Made by a program: the position numbers and the translations under genes. The notes under the pieces were generated by a model that made no database searches, was not told where the DNA came from, and saw only the letters and a program-made list of their open reading frames with translations. DNA of 64,000 nt from Candidatus Cloacimonadales bacterium (GTDB taxonomy: Bacteria > Cloacimonadota > Cloacimonadia > Cloacimonadales > JAFGVF01), in NCBI GenBank assembly GCA_963678315.1, contig OY782781.1, forward strand, positions 1,920,001 through 1,984,000. The letters run 5' to 3'. Of the stretch, positions 19,304 through 28,675 are shown piece by piece (the stretch's first letter is position 1; each line of letters starts with the position of its first letter).

Positions 19304-21835
19304 ATGGCTAAAGAAGCAAAAGCAAGGATTAAAATTAATAGGTTATTAGAAGAAGCTGGTTGGCGATTCTTTGATAGTGAAGAGGGTAAAGCTAATATTG
19401 AGCTTGAGAAGGGTGTAAAAATAACAAAGCAGTATTATGACCAGATGGGAAACAATTTTGAGGGATACAAGAACGGTTTTACTGATTACACACTATTAAA
19501 TAAAAAAGGTTTTCCTTTAGTTGTTCTGGAAGCAAAACGTGAAGAAAAAGATCCTATGGATGGCAAAGAACAAGCTAGACGCTATGCTAAGAGCTTGAAT
19601 GTAAATTTTGTAATTCTTTCCAATGGTAATTTACACTATTTCTGGGACTTAAGAAAAGGTAATCCTGTTGTAATTACCTCGTTTCCTACTGAAGATTCAT
19701 TAAACTATTATTCTCGTTCAAATCCCAACCCAAAGAACCTTGTAGAAGAAATTATAACAAAAGAATATATACTAGAAACACAATATCCATTATATAAAAC
19801 AGATCCAGACTATCTTGATAAAACTAAACACAAGGATTTCTTTGAAAAACATTCAGAGTTTAGATTGCTGAGAGACTATCAAATAAATGCTTTAAAATCT
19901 GTTCAAGAAGCAGTTAAAAATGGCTCTGATAGATTCCTTTTTGAAATGGCGACAGGTACGGGGAAAACTTTAACATCAGCTGCTCTAATAAAGTTATTTT
20001 TAAAGACTGGAAATTCTTCTAGAGTTCTATTTTTGGTTGATAGGTTAGAATTAGAAAAACAAGCAGCTACTAATTTTAACAACTATCTAAAAAATGATTA
20101 TACTAGTGTAGTATATAAAGAAAATAAAGATGAATGGAATAGTGCTAGGATTGTTGTGACAACTGTTCAAAGTTTATTGCATAACGATAAGTATCAAAGA
20201 CTATTCTCTCCTACTGATTTTGATTTAATTATTTCAGATGAAGCACATAGAAGTATTAACGGAAATGCCAGAGCACTCTTTGAATACTTCTGTGGTTATA
20301 AATTGGGGTTAACAGCAACACCTAAAGATTATTTAAAGAATATTAATGCAGAAGAGCTCAGGACAAACGATTCAAGAGCTTTAGAAAAAAGATTATTATT
20401 AGATACTTATAAAACTTTTGGTTGTGAGACAGGTAATCCAACCTTTAGATATAGTCTACTTGATGGAGTGAAAGATGGCTATTTAATTAATCCTATAGTT
20501 GTTGATGCTAGAACAGATATTACTACACAACTTCTTTCAGATCAAGGCTATTCTGTAATGGTTAAAGATGAAAATGGTGAGTTGCAAGAAAAAGCTTATA
20601 CTCAAAAATCTTATGCAAAGAAATTTTTCTCTCAGGAGACAGATATAGCTTTTTGTCTAAGCTTTATAGAAAATGCTCTTAGAGACCCTATAACTAATGA
20701 AATAGGTAAATCAATAGTGTTTTGTGTTAGTCAAGACCATGCTAATAATATATCTATGATTCTAAATGAGATAATAGAAAAGAAATACCCAGGTAAATAC
20801 AATTCTGATTTCGCTGTACAAGTGACTTCTAGAATTACAGATGCTCAAACTATGACTGTAAACTTCTCAAATAAAAATCTGAATGGTAGAACAACATTCC
20901 TTGATGGTTATAAGTCTGACAAGACAAGGGTTTGTGTTACAGTGGGTATGATGACAACAGGTTATGATTGTCCAGACTTATTGAATGTTGCTTTAATGCG
21001 ACCAATCTTTTCACCTTCTGACTTTGTACAAATAAAAGGAAGAGGAACTAGGACAAATACCTTTAAGTATGAGACAAGAAGAAATGGTATAACTGAAACT
21101 ATAAAACAGAATAAGACTAATTTCAAATTGTTTGATTATTTTGCTAATTGTGAGTATTTTGAGACAAAGTTTGATTATGATCAAGTAATAAAACTACCTA
21201 AATATTCATCAACAATTAAAGTAGATAATAATGACAATAATGATGATAAGATAAGTATAGATAGTTATAATTCTATAATAGCTGACCCTATAACTGAGCT
21301 TACAGAAGAACAGATAGGTTTAGATGGAATGAAGATTGATAGAAAGCTATATGAGAAGTTTGAAGAAGAGGTAACTAACGATAAAGAGCTTATTGAGCTT
21401 CTTGAAAATGAAGACTTTTCTGCTATGGAAGATTATATCAATGAAAACATCTTCAATAAACCATCTGAGTTTTATAACTTAATTAAACTTAGAAATGCAA
21501 TCAAAGTTGATAGAAGAGTCTCACTTAGAGAAATGATACTAAAAGCCTTTGGTCTTATCGATAGGTTTAAAGGAAAACATGAAATGTTAGATAGTGAGTT
21601 TGCTAAATTTGTAAGCATATACCATCCAGATAATGAGCATGTCCATGTAGCTAGGAAATTCTTTAAAGCTTATGTTACAGATGAAGAGATAAGAACAATT
21701 ATTAAAAAGAAAGAGTTTGGTAGGTTTGCTACTAACTCAAAGATAACTATAAATGATATAAGAGAATTAAACGGTTTCAGAGAGATAATCCCTGAATATG
21801 TTAAAGATTATGTTAATATAAATCAGTTTATGTAA
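19304..21835 (+). CDS. hsdR: Type I restriction enzyme R subunit
   Basis: TDY...VLEAK nuclease, EQARRY, MATGTGKT, DEAH, GLTATP, TTGYDCP, QIKGRGTR. Confidence 0.92.
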   Translation: MAKEAKARIKINRLLEEAGWRFFDSEEGKANIELEKGVKITKQYYDQMGNNFEGYKNGFTDYTLLNKKGFPLVVLEAKREEKDPMDGKEQARRYAKSLNVNFVILSNGNLHYFWDLRKGNPVVITSFPTEDSLNYYSRSNPNPKNLVEEIITKEYILETQYPLYKTDPDYLDKTKHKDFFEKHSEFRLLRDYQINALKSVQEAVKNGSDRFLFEMATGTGKTLTSAALIKLFLKTGNSSRVLFLVDRLELEKQAATNFNNYLKNDYTSVVYKENKDEWNSARIVVTTVQSLLHNDKYQRLFSPTDFDLIISDEAHRSINGNARALFEYFCGYKLGLTATPKDYLKNINAEELRTNDSRALEKRLLLDTYKTFGCETGNPTFRYSLLDGVKDGYLINPIVVDARTDITTQLLSDQGYSVMVKDENGELQEKAYTQKSYAKKFFSQETDIAFCLSFIENALRDPITNEIGKSIVFCVSQDHANNISMILNEIIEKKYPGKYNSDFAVQVTSRITDAQTMTVNFSNKNLNGRTTFLDGYKSDKTRVCVTVGMMTTGYDCPDLLNVALMRPIFSPSDFVQIKGRGTRTNTFKYETRRNGITETIKQNKTNFKLFDYFANCEYFETKFDYDQVIKLPKYSSTIKVDNNDNNDDKISIDSYNSIIADPITELTEEQIGLDGMKIDRKLYEKFEEEVTNDKELIELLENEDFSAMEDYINENIFNKPSEFYNLIKLRNAIKVDRRVSLREMILKAFGLIDRFKGKHEMLDSEFAKFVSIYHPDNEHVHVARKFFKAYVTDEEIRTIIKKKEFGRFATNSKITINDIRELNGFREIIPEYVKDYVNINQFM

Positions 21836-21844
21836 AATAATTAA

Positions 21845-22434
21845 GCCACAGATTAACACGGATGCACACAGATAATAAAAAAAAGAATTAATCAGTGTCT
21901 ATCAGCGTGAATCAGTGGCAAGAAAAGTAAGTAATTATTAAGCCACGGATTAACACAGATAAACTCGGATAAAAAAAGAATTAATCAGTGGTAATAAAAA
22001 GAAAGTAATATATTAGCCTCGGATTAACACGGATGCACACAGATAATAATAAAAAGAACTAATCCGTGTCTATCAGTGAAAATCTGAGGCAAGAAAAGTA
22101 AGTAATTATTAAGCCACGGATTAACACAGATAAACTCGGATAAAAAAAGAATTAATTCAGTGGTAATAAAAAGAAAGTAATATATTAGCCTCGGATTAAC
22201 ACGGATGCACACAGATAATAATAAAAAGAACTAATCCGTGTCTATCAGTGAAAATCTGAGGCAAGAAAAGTAAGTAATTATTAAGCCACGGATTAACACA
22301 GATAAACTCGGATAAAAAAAGAATTAATTCAGTGGTAATAAAAAGAAAGTAATATATTAGCCTCGGATTAACACGGATGCACACAGATAATAATAAAAAG
22401 AACTAATCCGTGTCTATCAGCGTAAATCAGTGGC
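21845..22434. repeat. Palindromic repeat array 1 (7 units; 171-172-bp dimeric higher-order repeat x3)
   Basis: Units start at 21845, 21942, 22016, 22113, 22188, 22285 and 22360. Left arm is GCC[A/T]C[A/G]GATTAACAC[A/G]GAT..AC.C.GAT; right arm is ATC.GTGT.TATCAG.G..AATC.G.GGC. Confidence 0.95.
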
Positions 22435-22466
22435 AAAGAAAGATAGGTTATTGAGGAGGATGATTA

Positions 22467-22847
22467 ATGTTATATGAAGGTTTATCTGATAAGATAATAA
22501 AATGTTTTTATGATACATATAACGAACTAGGTAGGGGGTTCTTAGAAAATATTTATGAAAATGCACTAAGTATAGTATTTCAAGAGAATGGTTTAATCCA
22601 TCAAAAGCAAAAAGATATTGATGTTTTTTTTCATAAAAAGAAAATAGGTTATTATAGAGCAGACATAATCGTTGAAGATAAAATTATATTGGAATTAAAG
22701 GCTGTTGCAAAGATAAAACCTGAGCATCAAGCTCAGTTAATAAATTATCTTAAAGCTACTGGAATAAAAATAGGATATATACTAAATTTTGGAGATAAAC
22801 CAGAGTTTAGAAGATTTATATTTGATAGTTCGAATGTAAATAAATAA
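22467..22847 (+). CDS. GxxExxY protein (PD-(D/E)XK nuclease-like)
   Basis: GFLENIY signature, RADIIVEDKIILELKA, QLINYLKAT..G..LNFG; GAGGAGG RBS. Confidence 0.92.
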   Translation: MLYEGLSDKIIKCFYDTYNELGRGFLENIYENALSIVFQENGLIHQKQKDIDVFFHKKKIGYYRADIIVEDKIILELKAVAKIKPEHQAQLINYLKATGIKIGYILNFGDKPEFRRFIFDSSNVNK

Positions 22848-22863
22848 ATTAAAGAGATGTTTA

Positions 22864-24144
22864 GCCACGGATAAACACGGATGAACTCAGATAAAAAAGA
22901 ATTAATCAGTGTGTATCAGCGTGAATCTGAGGCAAGAAAAGAAATTAATATTTAAGCTACGGATTAACACGGATGCACACAGATAATAAAAAAAAGAATT
23001 AATCATTGTGTATCAGCGTGAATCAGTGGCAAGAAAAGAAAGTAATAAATAAGCCACGGATTAACACAGATGAACTCGGATGAAAGGGAATTAATCAGTG
23101 TTTATCGGCGTGAATCTGAGGCAAGAATTTAAAGTAATAAATAAGCCACAGATTAACACAGATAAACTCGGATGAAAGGGAATTAATCAGTGTTTATCGG
23201 CGTGAATCTGAGGCAAGAATTTAAAGTAATAAATAAGCTACGGATTAACACGGATGAACTCAGATAAAAAGAGAATTAAATCAGTGTGTATCAGCGTGAA
23301 TCAGTGGCAGAAAATAAAGAAATTATTAAGCCACGGATTAACACGGATGTACTCGGATGAAAGGGAATTAATCAGTGTTTATCAGCGTGAATCTGAGGCA
23401 AGAATTTAAAGTAATAAATAAGCCACAGATTAACACAGATGAACTCGGATGAAAGGGAATTAATCAGTGTTTATCAGCGTGAATCTGAGGCAAGAATTTA
23501 AAGTAATAAATAAGCCACAGATTAACACGGATGAACTCAGATAAAAAGAGAATTAAATCAGTGTGTATCAGCGTGAATCTGAGGTAAGAATCTAAAGTAA
23601 TAAATAAGCTACGGAAAAACACAGATGAACTCGGATAAAAAAGAATTAATCAGTGTCTATCAGCGTGAATCTGAGGCAAGAATTTAAAGTAATAAATAAG
23701 CCACAGATTAACACAGATAAACTCGGATAAAAAGAGAATTAAATCAGTGTGTATCAGCGTGAATCTGAGGCAAGAATTTAAAGTAATAAATAAGCCACAG
23801 ATTAACACGGATGAACTCAGATAAAAAAGAATTAATCATTGTGTATCAGCGTGAATCTGAGGCAAGAATCTAAAGTAATAAATAAGCTACGGAAAAACAC
23901 AGATGAACTCGGATAAAAAAGAATTAATCAGTGTCTATCAGCGTGAATCAGTGGCAAGAAAAGAAAGTAATAAATAAGCTACGGAAAAACACAGATGAAC
24001 TCGGATAAAAAAGAATTAATCAGTGTGTATCAGCGTGAATCTGAGGCAAGAATTTAAAGTAATAAATAAGCCACAGATTAACACGGATGCACACAGATAA
24101 TAATAAAAAGAACTAATCCGTGTCTATCAGTGAAAATCAGTGGC
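22864..24144. repeat. Palindromic repeat array 2 (14 units, 92-97-bp period)
   Basis: Units start at 22864, 22956, 23053, 23145, 23237, 23330, 23422, 23514, 23608, 23700, 23794, 23886, 23978 and 24070, with the same consensus as array 1. Confidence 0.95.
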
Positions 24145-24170
24145 AAATAAATAAGTTATTAGGATGAAAA

Positions 24171-26672
24171 ATGTTAGATAAAACAACGAAAAGAAAAATA
24201 GATAATGCTAGAGATATATTGGTAGGCAAAGTACCAATACCTAAGTCACAAATAGACTTAATAACCATAACACTAATATATAAGTTTATGGATGATATGG
24301 ACAGACAAGCAGAAGAGATTGGTGGCAACGCCAGCTTTTTTGTGCAAGATTTTGAAAAGTATGCTTGGGCTAAAGTAATGGACCAATCACTTGGTGGTTA
24401 TGAAAGATTACAGCTTTTTGATGAAGGTCTTATCAAAATGAATCAAAACCCTCATATTCCTGCTTTATTCAGAGAAATATTTAAGAATGCCTTCTTACCT
24501 TTTAGAGATCCTGAAACTCTCAACATGTTTTTAGAAGAAATAAATGATTTTGATTATGGTCATTCAGAAAAGCTTGGTGATGCTTTTGAATACTTACTTT
24601 CCATTATGAGCTCACAGGGAGATGCAGGACAATTCCGAACTCCTAGGCACATTATCGAGTTTATAGTTGATGTTGTAAATCCAACTAAAACAGATAAAAT
24701 ATTAGATCCAGCTTGTGGAACAGCAGGTTTCTTAATCTCTGCCTATAAACACATAATGGAAGAGAATACCGAAGATTACTATGGAGATATGCTTAATAGT
24801 GATGAAAGAGATACACTAGCTAATAATATAGTTGGCTATGATATATCACCAGATATGGTAAGGCTTAGTTTAGTTAATATGTTTTTACATAAGTTCCCAA
24901 ACCCACAAATATTTGAATATGATACGTTAACTAATACTGAAAGATGGGAAGATAGCTTTTCTTGTATATTAGCTAACCCTCCTTTTATGTCTCCTAAAGG
25001 TGGAATAAAACCACATTCAAGGTATGCTATAAAATCTAAGCGTTCAGAAGTACTTTTTGTTGATTATATGATGGAACACCTAACCGAAGATGGTAAAGCT
25101 GGAATAATTGTTCCCGAAGGTATCATCTTCCAAAGTCAAAAAGCTCATAAAGAACTACGTAAGAAGATGGTTGAACAAAACTACCTTTGGGCTGTTGTCT
25201 CCTTACCAAGTGGGATATTCCAACCCTACTCAGGTGTAAAAACCTCAATCCTACTATTTGATAAAGCAAGAGCAAAAGCAAGTGATAAAATAGTTTTTGC
25301 TAAAGTTCAAAATGATGGCTATTCATTAGGATCACAACGAACACCTATCAATAAAAATGATCTACCAAAATTAATTGATGCTCTTAATTATTACAAAAAT
25401 AAAAATGAAATCTGTGAAAATCAGTGTGAATCTGTGGCAAAAGAAGATTGTATTAGCCACGGATTAACTCAGATTGAAACGGATAAAGAGAATATATTTA
25501 AAAATATTTCAATCGTAGAAAAATCAAAACTTGCAGAAAATGATTATAATTTGAGTGGAGATAGGTATATTGTAGAGAGTATAATGAATCATTCAAACTG
25601 GGAAATGGTGTACTTAGGTGATGTATGTGAATTGGTGAGAGGTGTTACATACACTAAAAGTGATGAAGTAGATGAAAATGGGCATATGATATTGAGAGCA
25701 AATAATATATCACTAGAAAGTAATACACTTAACCTTGATGACATTAAAATGGTTAAACTGGACAAGCAACCTAAACTTCATAAGAAACTTAGTAAAGATG
25801 ATATCCTAATATGCTTAGCAAGTGGTAGTAAAAAACATATTGGTAAGGTTGCCTATAGCGATTCTGAAACTGAATATTATTTTGGTGGATTTATGGGAGT
25901 TGTTAGGTGTACTACTTTCAAGAACATTCCTAAATTTATATATCATTTACTTAAACACAGTAAGTTTAATGAATTCATCAATTCACAAATATCAGGTGCA
26001 AACATTCATAATTTGAATAGTAAAATATTATATAAGTACCTAGTTCCTCTCCCACCCCTCGAAGTCCAAGAAGAGATTGTCGCAGAAATCGAAGGATATC
26101 AAAAGATAATTGATGGAGCAAAACAAGTTGTAGACAACTACAAACCTCATATTGATATTGATCCTGAGTGGGATGTTGTGGAATTCGAGGATGTATGCAC
26201 ACTTGAATATGGAAAAAGTTTACCGAAAAGCAAAAGAATTGAAGGTGAATTTCCTGTAGTAGGCTCTAATGGTATTACTGGATATCATAATGAGTTCCTA
26301 CTTGAAGCTCCTTCTATTATTGTTGGTAGAAAAGGATCTGCTGGTGAAGTCGTATTTATTAGCAAGCCATGCTATCCGATTGATACAACCTACTATGTAG
26401 AATTAAAATCAGAAGATACAAAATTGAAGTATGTTTACTACATTTTAAAATCTATGAATCTTGTAAAACTAAAAGGTGGAGCTGGTATACCAGGATTGAA
26501 TCGTAATGATGTATATAGAACAATAAAAATACCAAAACCTTCATTAGAAATTCAGCAGCGTATAGTTTCAAAAATCGACGAAGAGCAAAAGTATGTAGAT
26601 GGTTGTAAAAAACTAATTGAAATTTATGAGCAAAAGATAAAAGAAAGAATAGACAAGGTTTGGGAGGGGTAA
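24171..26672 (+). CDS. Fused type I R-M methyltransferase-specificity subunit (HsdM-HsdS), N6-adenine MTase
   Basis: GQFRTP, DPACGTAGF, ANPPF; then two TRDs with PLPPLEVQEEIV and PSLEIQQRIV conserved helices. Confidence 0.9.
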   Translation: MLDKTTKRKIDNARDILVGKVPIPKSQIDLITITLIYKFMDDMDRQAEEIGGNASFFVQDFEKYAWAKVMDQSLGGYERLQLFDEGLIKMNQNPHIPALFREIFKNAFLPFRDPETLNMFLEEINDFDYGHSEKLGDAFEYLLSIMSSQGDAGQFRTPRHIIEFIVDVVNPTKTDKILDPACGTAGFLISAYKHIMEENTEDYYGDMLNSDERDTLANNIVGYDISPDMVRLSLVNMFLHKFPNPQIFEYDTLTNTERWEDSFSCILANPPFMSPKGGIKPHSRYAIKSKRSEVLFVDYMMEHLTEDGKAGIIVPEGIIFQSQKAHKELRKKMVEQNYLWAVVSLPSGIFQPYSGVKTSILLFDKARAKASDKIVFAKVQNDGYSLGSQRTPINKNDLPKLIDALNYYKNKNEICENQCESVAKEDCISHGLTQIETDKENIFKNISIVEKSKLAENDYNLSGDRYIVESIMNHSNWEMVYLGDVCELVRGVTYTKSDEVDENGHMILRANNISLESNTLNLDDIKMVKLDKQPKLHKKLSKDDILICLASGSKKHIGKVAYSDSETEYYFGGFMGVVRCTTFKNIPKFIYHLLKHSKFNEFINSQISGANIHNLNSKILYKYLVPLPPLEVQEEIVAEIEGYQKIIDGAKQVVDNYKPHIDIDPEWDVVEFEDVCTLEYGKSLPKSKRIEGEFPVVGSNGITGYHNEFLLEAPSIIVGRKGSAGEVVFISKPCYPIDTTYYVELKSEDTKLKYVYYILKSMNLVKLKGGAGIPGLNRNDVYRTIKIPKPSLEIQQRIVSKIDEEQKYVDGCKKLIEIYEQKIKERIDKVWEG
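25410..25484. repeat. In-frame permuted copy (right arm then left arm) of the array repeat inside hsdM-S
   Basis: ATCTGTGAAAATCAGTGTGAATCTGTGGC...GCCACGGATTAACTCAGATTGAAACGGAT encodes ICENQCESVAKEDCISHGLTQIETD. Confidence 0.85.
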
Positions 26673-26674
26673 GT

Positions 26675-27475
26675 ATGGAAGAATATATATATAATTTATC
26701 TCGTTTTTATCCAATTACTATTAGAGATCAAAGTCATATTGATTACATAGAAGGATTAAAAACGTCTTTTTTAGATAATATAGAAACAAGTAATTATCAG
26801 TTTGCTTTTTTTTCTTATCATTTGTTATTTATGGGATTTATATATTATTCTATAGCAACTTATAGAGAATTATATCAAGAGCATTTTGAACAAAGTTTAT
26901 ATTTATTAACAGGCAACAAAGATAGATTGAAACTATTTAATCAAACAGGTAAAATTTTTGATTTTTCTCATGAAAATGAGAGCACTATTATTAGATTATT
27001 ATCAGTATTTAACTGTGATAAAATGGTAATTAACGATTTGAAGAGACTTATAAAAAAGAGAAATGATATAGGACACTGTAATGCAAAAAATGAGTTCGTA
27101 GACCTTAAAAATCTTGAAAAAGAGTTAGACAAATATCTTGTAATAGCAGATCATATACATAAGTCTTTGGTGGATATTAAAAGCTGCAAATTCATTGATT
27201 ATATTAAAGATACTTTTGTAGACAAATTTTATTTGGATTATGAACTAGACGATTTTGAAGAGGATGATTATTTAAGTGAAAATGATGTTATTACTGAACT
27301 AAATGAGAATTATATTCCTGATAATTACATTTCTGAAAATGATATAGAAGAATTGAAGAGAATTAATTTATCAGATTTTGAAAAAATTGAAGAACATAAA
27401 AATTTAACTAAAATATATAGCTTTATGATTGAGAAATGGCAAGAAGAATACAATTTGGAGGAAAGAGAAAATTAA
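26675..27475 (+). CDS. Hypothetical protein with putative HEPN RNxxxH motif
   Basis: ATG at 26675 with GGAGG RBS, just after the hsdM-S stop; helical; KRLIKKRNDIGH; acidic C-terminus. Confidence 0.6.
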   Translation: MEEYIYNLSRFYPITIRDQSHIDYIEGLKTSFLDNIETSNYQFAFFSYHLLFMGFIYYSIATYRELYQEHFEQSLYLLTGNKDRLKLFNQTGKIFDFSHENESTIIRLLSVFNCDKMVINDLKRLIKKRNDIGHCNAKNEFVDLKNLEKELDKYLVIADHIHKSLVDIKSCKFIDYIKDTFVDKFYLDYELDDFEEDDYLSENDVITELNENYIPDNYISENDIEELKRINLSDFEKIEEHKNLTKIYSFMIEKWQEEYNLEEREN

Positions 27476-27664
27476 CAATTTGATTGTAGAAAGCAGTTTT
27501 CCTAGTATATCATTAGAGGAATTTTTTTTCAGACAATAGTTGATTTAACAGAAGCTTTTGCTTCTAATACAGGTATTGAAACTTCTTTGATCGATTTTGG
27601 TGTTCTTGAATATTTTAAAATTAATAGTTTGAAATAACATTCATGGATTTAAAGACATTAATTT

Positions 27665-28675
27665 TTATTTTGTAACAATATTAACAAGCATTTTTGACAA
27701 GAGAAGCTTAGGATCCAAATCAGTTGACTTAAGTTTTAAATCTGTTTCAAGCAAGTAATCAAAAATCTCCTGCATCCTTTTATCTTTATAATTCCAGGCA
27801 AAATTAATATAATCTTTTCTGAATTTAATATATACATCTGCTAAATAGTTTGAGGCAATTTCTTGTTGCGATACGCCCTTGGACAGTAGATATTTTACCT
27901 TCCAAATCTTTTGAAAAAAACGAGTAAGCATAACAACAACAAAAGGTGAATTTTTGCTTTCTTCTGATTCAAGTAATTTAATCAGTACTTGCAAGCTGAC
28001 TTTAATATTTCGAGCACCAAGAGCATTCTGCAACTCAAAAATAGTATTTGCTCTATTATCTTTCATGCAGGTTTGGATATCTTCTACTTTGATTGTACTG
28101 CTCTTACCAATGTAAATAAGTATCTTTTGAAGCTCATTGTAGGCTGTATAATAATCTGCTTCAATTTTAGAAGCAAAGAGTGAAATAGCGTCTCTATTGG
28201 CTCGTATATTCAATTTCCTAAGTTCAGATTGTAGCCACTTTTCTATTTCCCAATATCCAGCTGGAGGATTAGTCTCGATAACTGTAAACTTACTGAATTT
28301 ACGGGCAGTACTTGATCTTCCATCTTGTTTTTCACAATGAATAATTAAGATTGAAGTTTCAGGAATATTACTAATATAATCAGCTACCTTTAATTTTTCA
28401 GGCTCTCTCAATAGCTCAAAGCTTCTAACCAAAATAACACGATATTCGGCTAGGAACGGAAACATTTCTAATTGTTCTATAATATCAGCACTTTTACAAT
28501 TGCTAGCGGATAAGTTGATGAAATCAAATTCTGAACTATCCTTAGAAGTGAATCTTCTGAGAAGTAACTGTATAATCCTATCAGCAAGAAAATGATCTTC
28601 TCCAATAAGGTAATATACATTACTTGGGTCATGCATTTTGAAAGAGTTTATAAATTCAGGAGCTTTATATTTCAT
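27665..28675 (-). CDS. holA: DNA polymerase III delta subunit
   Basis: YYLIGEDHFL, PFLAEYRVILV, NELQKILIY, IFELQNAL, DLKLKS. Confidence 0.88.
   Translation of the reverse strand: MKYKAPEFINSFKMHDPSNVYYLIGEDHFLADRIIQLLLRRFTSKDSSEFDFINLSASNCKSADIIEQLEMFPFLAEYRVILVRSFELLREPEKLKVADYISNIPETSILIIHCEKQDGRSSTARKFSKFTVIETNPPAGYWEIEKWLQSELRKLNIRANRDAISLFASKIEADYYTAYNELQKILIYIGKSSTIKVEDIQTCMKDNRANTIFELQNALGARNIKVSLQVLIKLLESEESKNSPFVVVMLTRFFQKIWKVKYLLSKGVSQQEIASNYLADVYIKFRKDYINFAWNYKDKRMQEIFDYLLETDLKLKSTDLDPKLLLSKMLVNIVTK

Noticed and set aside
22024..22384. Two identical 62-aa minus-strand ORFs (MCIRVNPR...)
   Set aside because: They are translations of the 172-bp higher-order repeat, with no independent sign of coding.
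21845..24144. CRISPR array or TIGR-like guide array
   Set aside because: No unique spacers: loops and linkers are A-rich and recur among units. The ~92-bp palindromic unit does not fit, and no cas or Nop-domain gene is nearby.
27480..27640. Possible gene remnant after the HEPN-like gene (TIVDLTEAFASNTGIETSLIDFGVLEYFKINSLK)
   Set aside because: Short, no clear start and no recognisable family, so it cannot be supported as a pseudogene.
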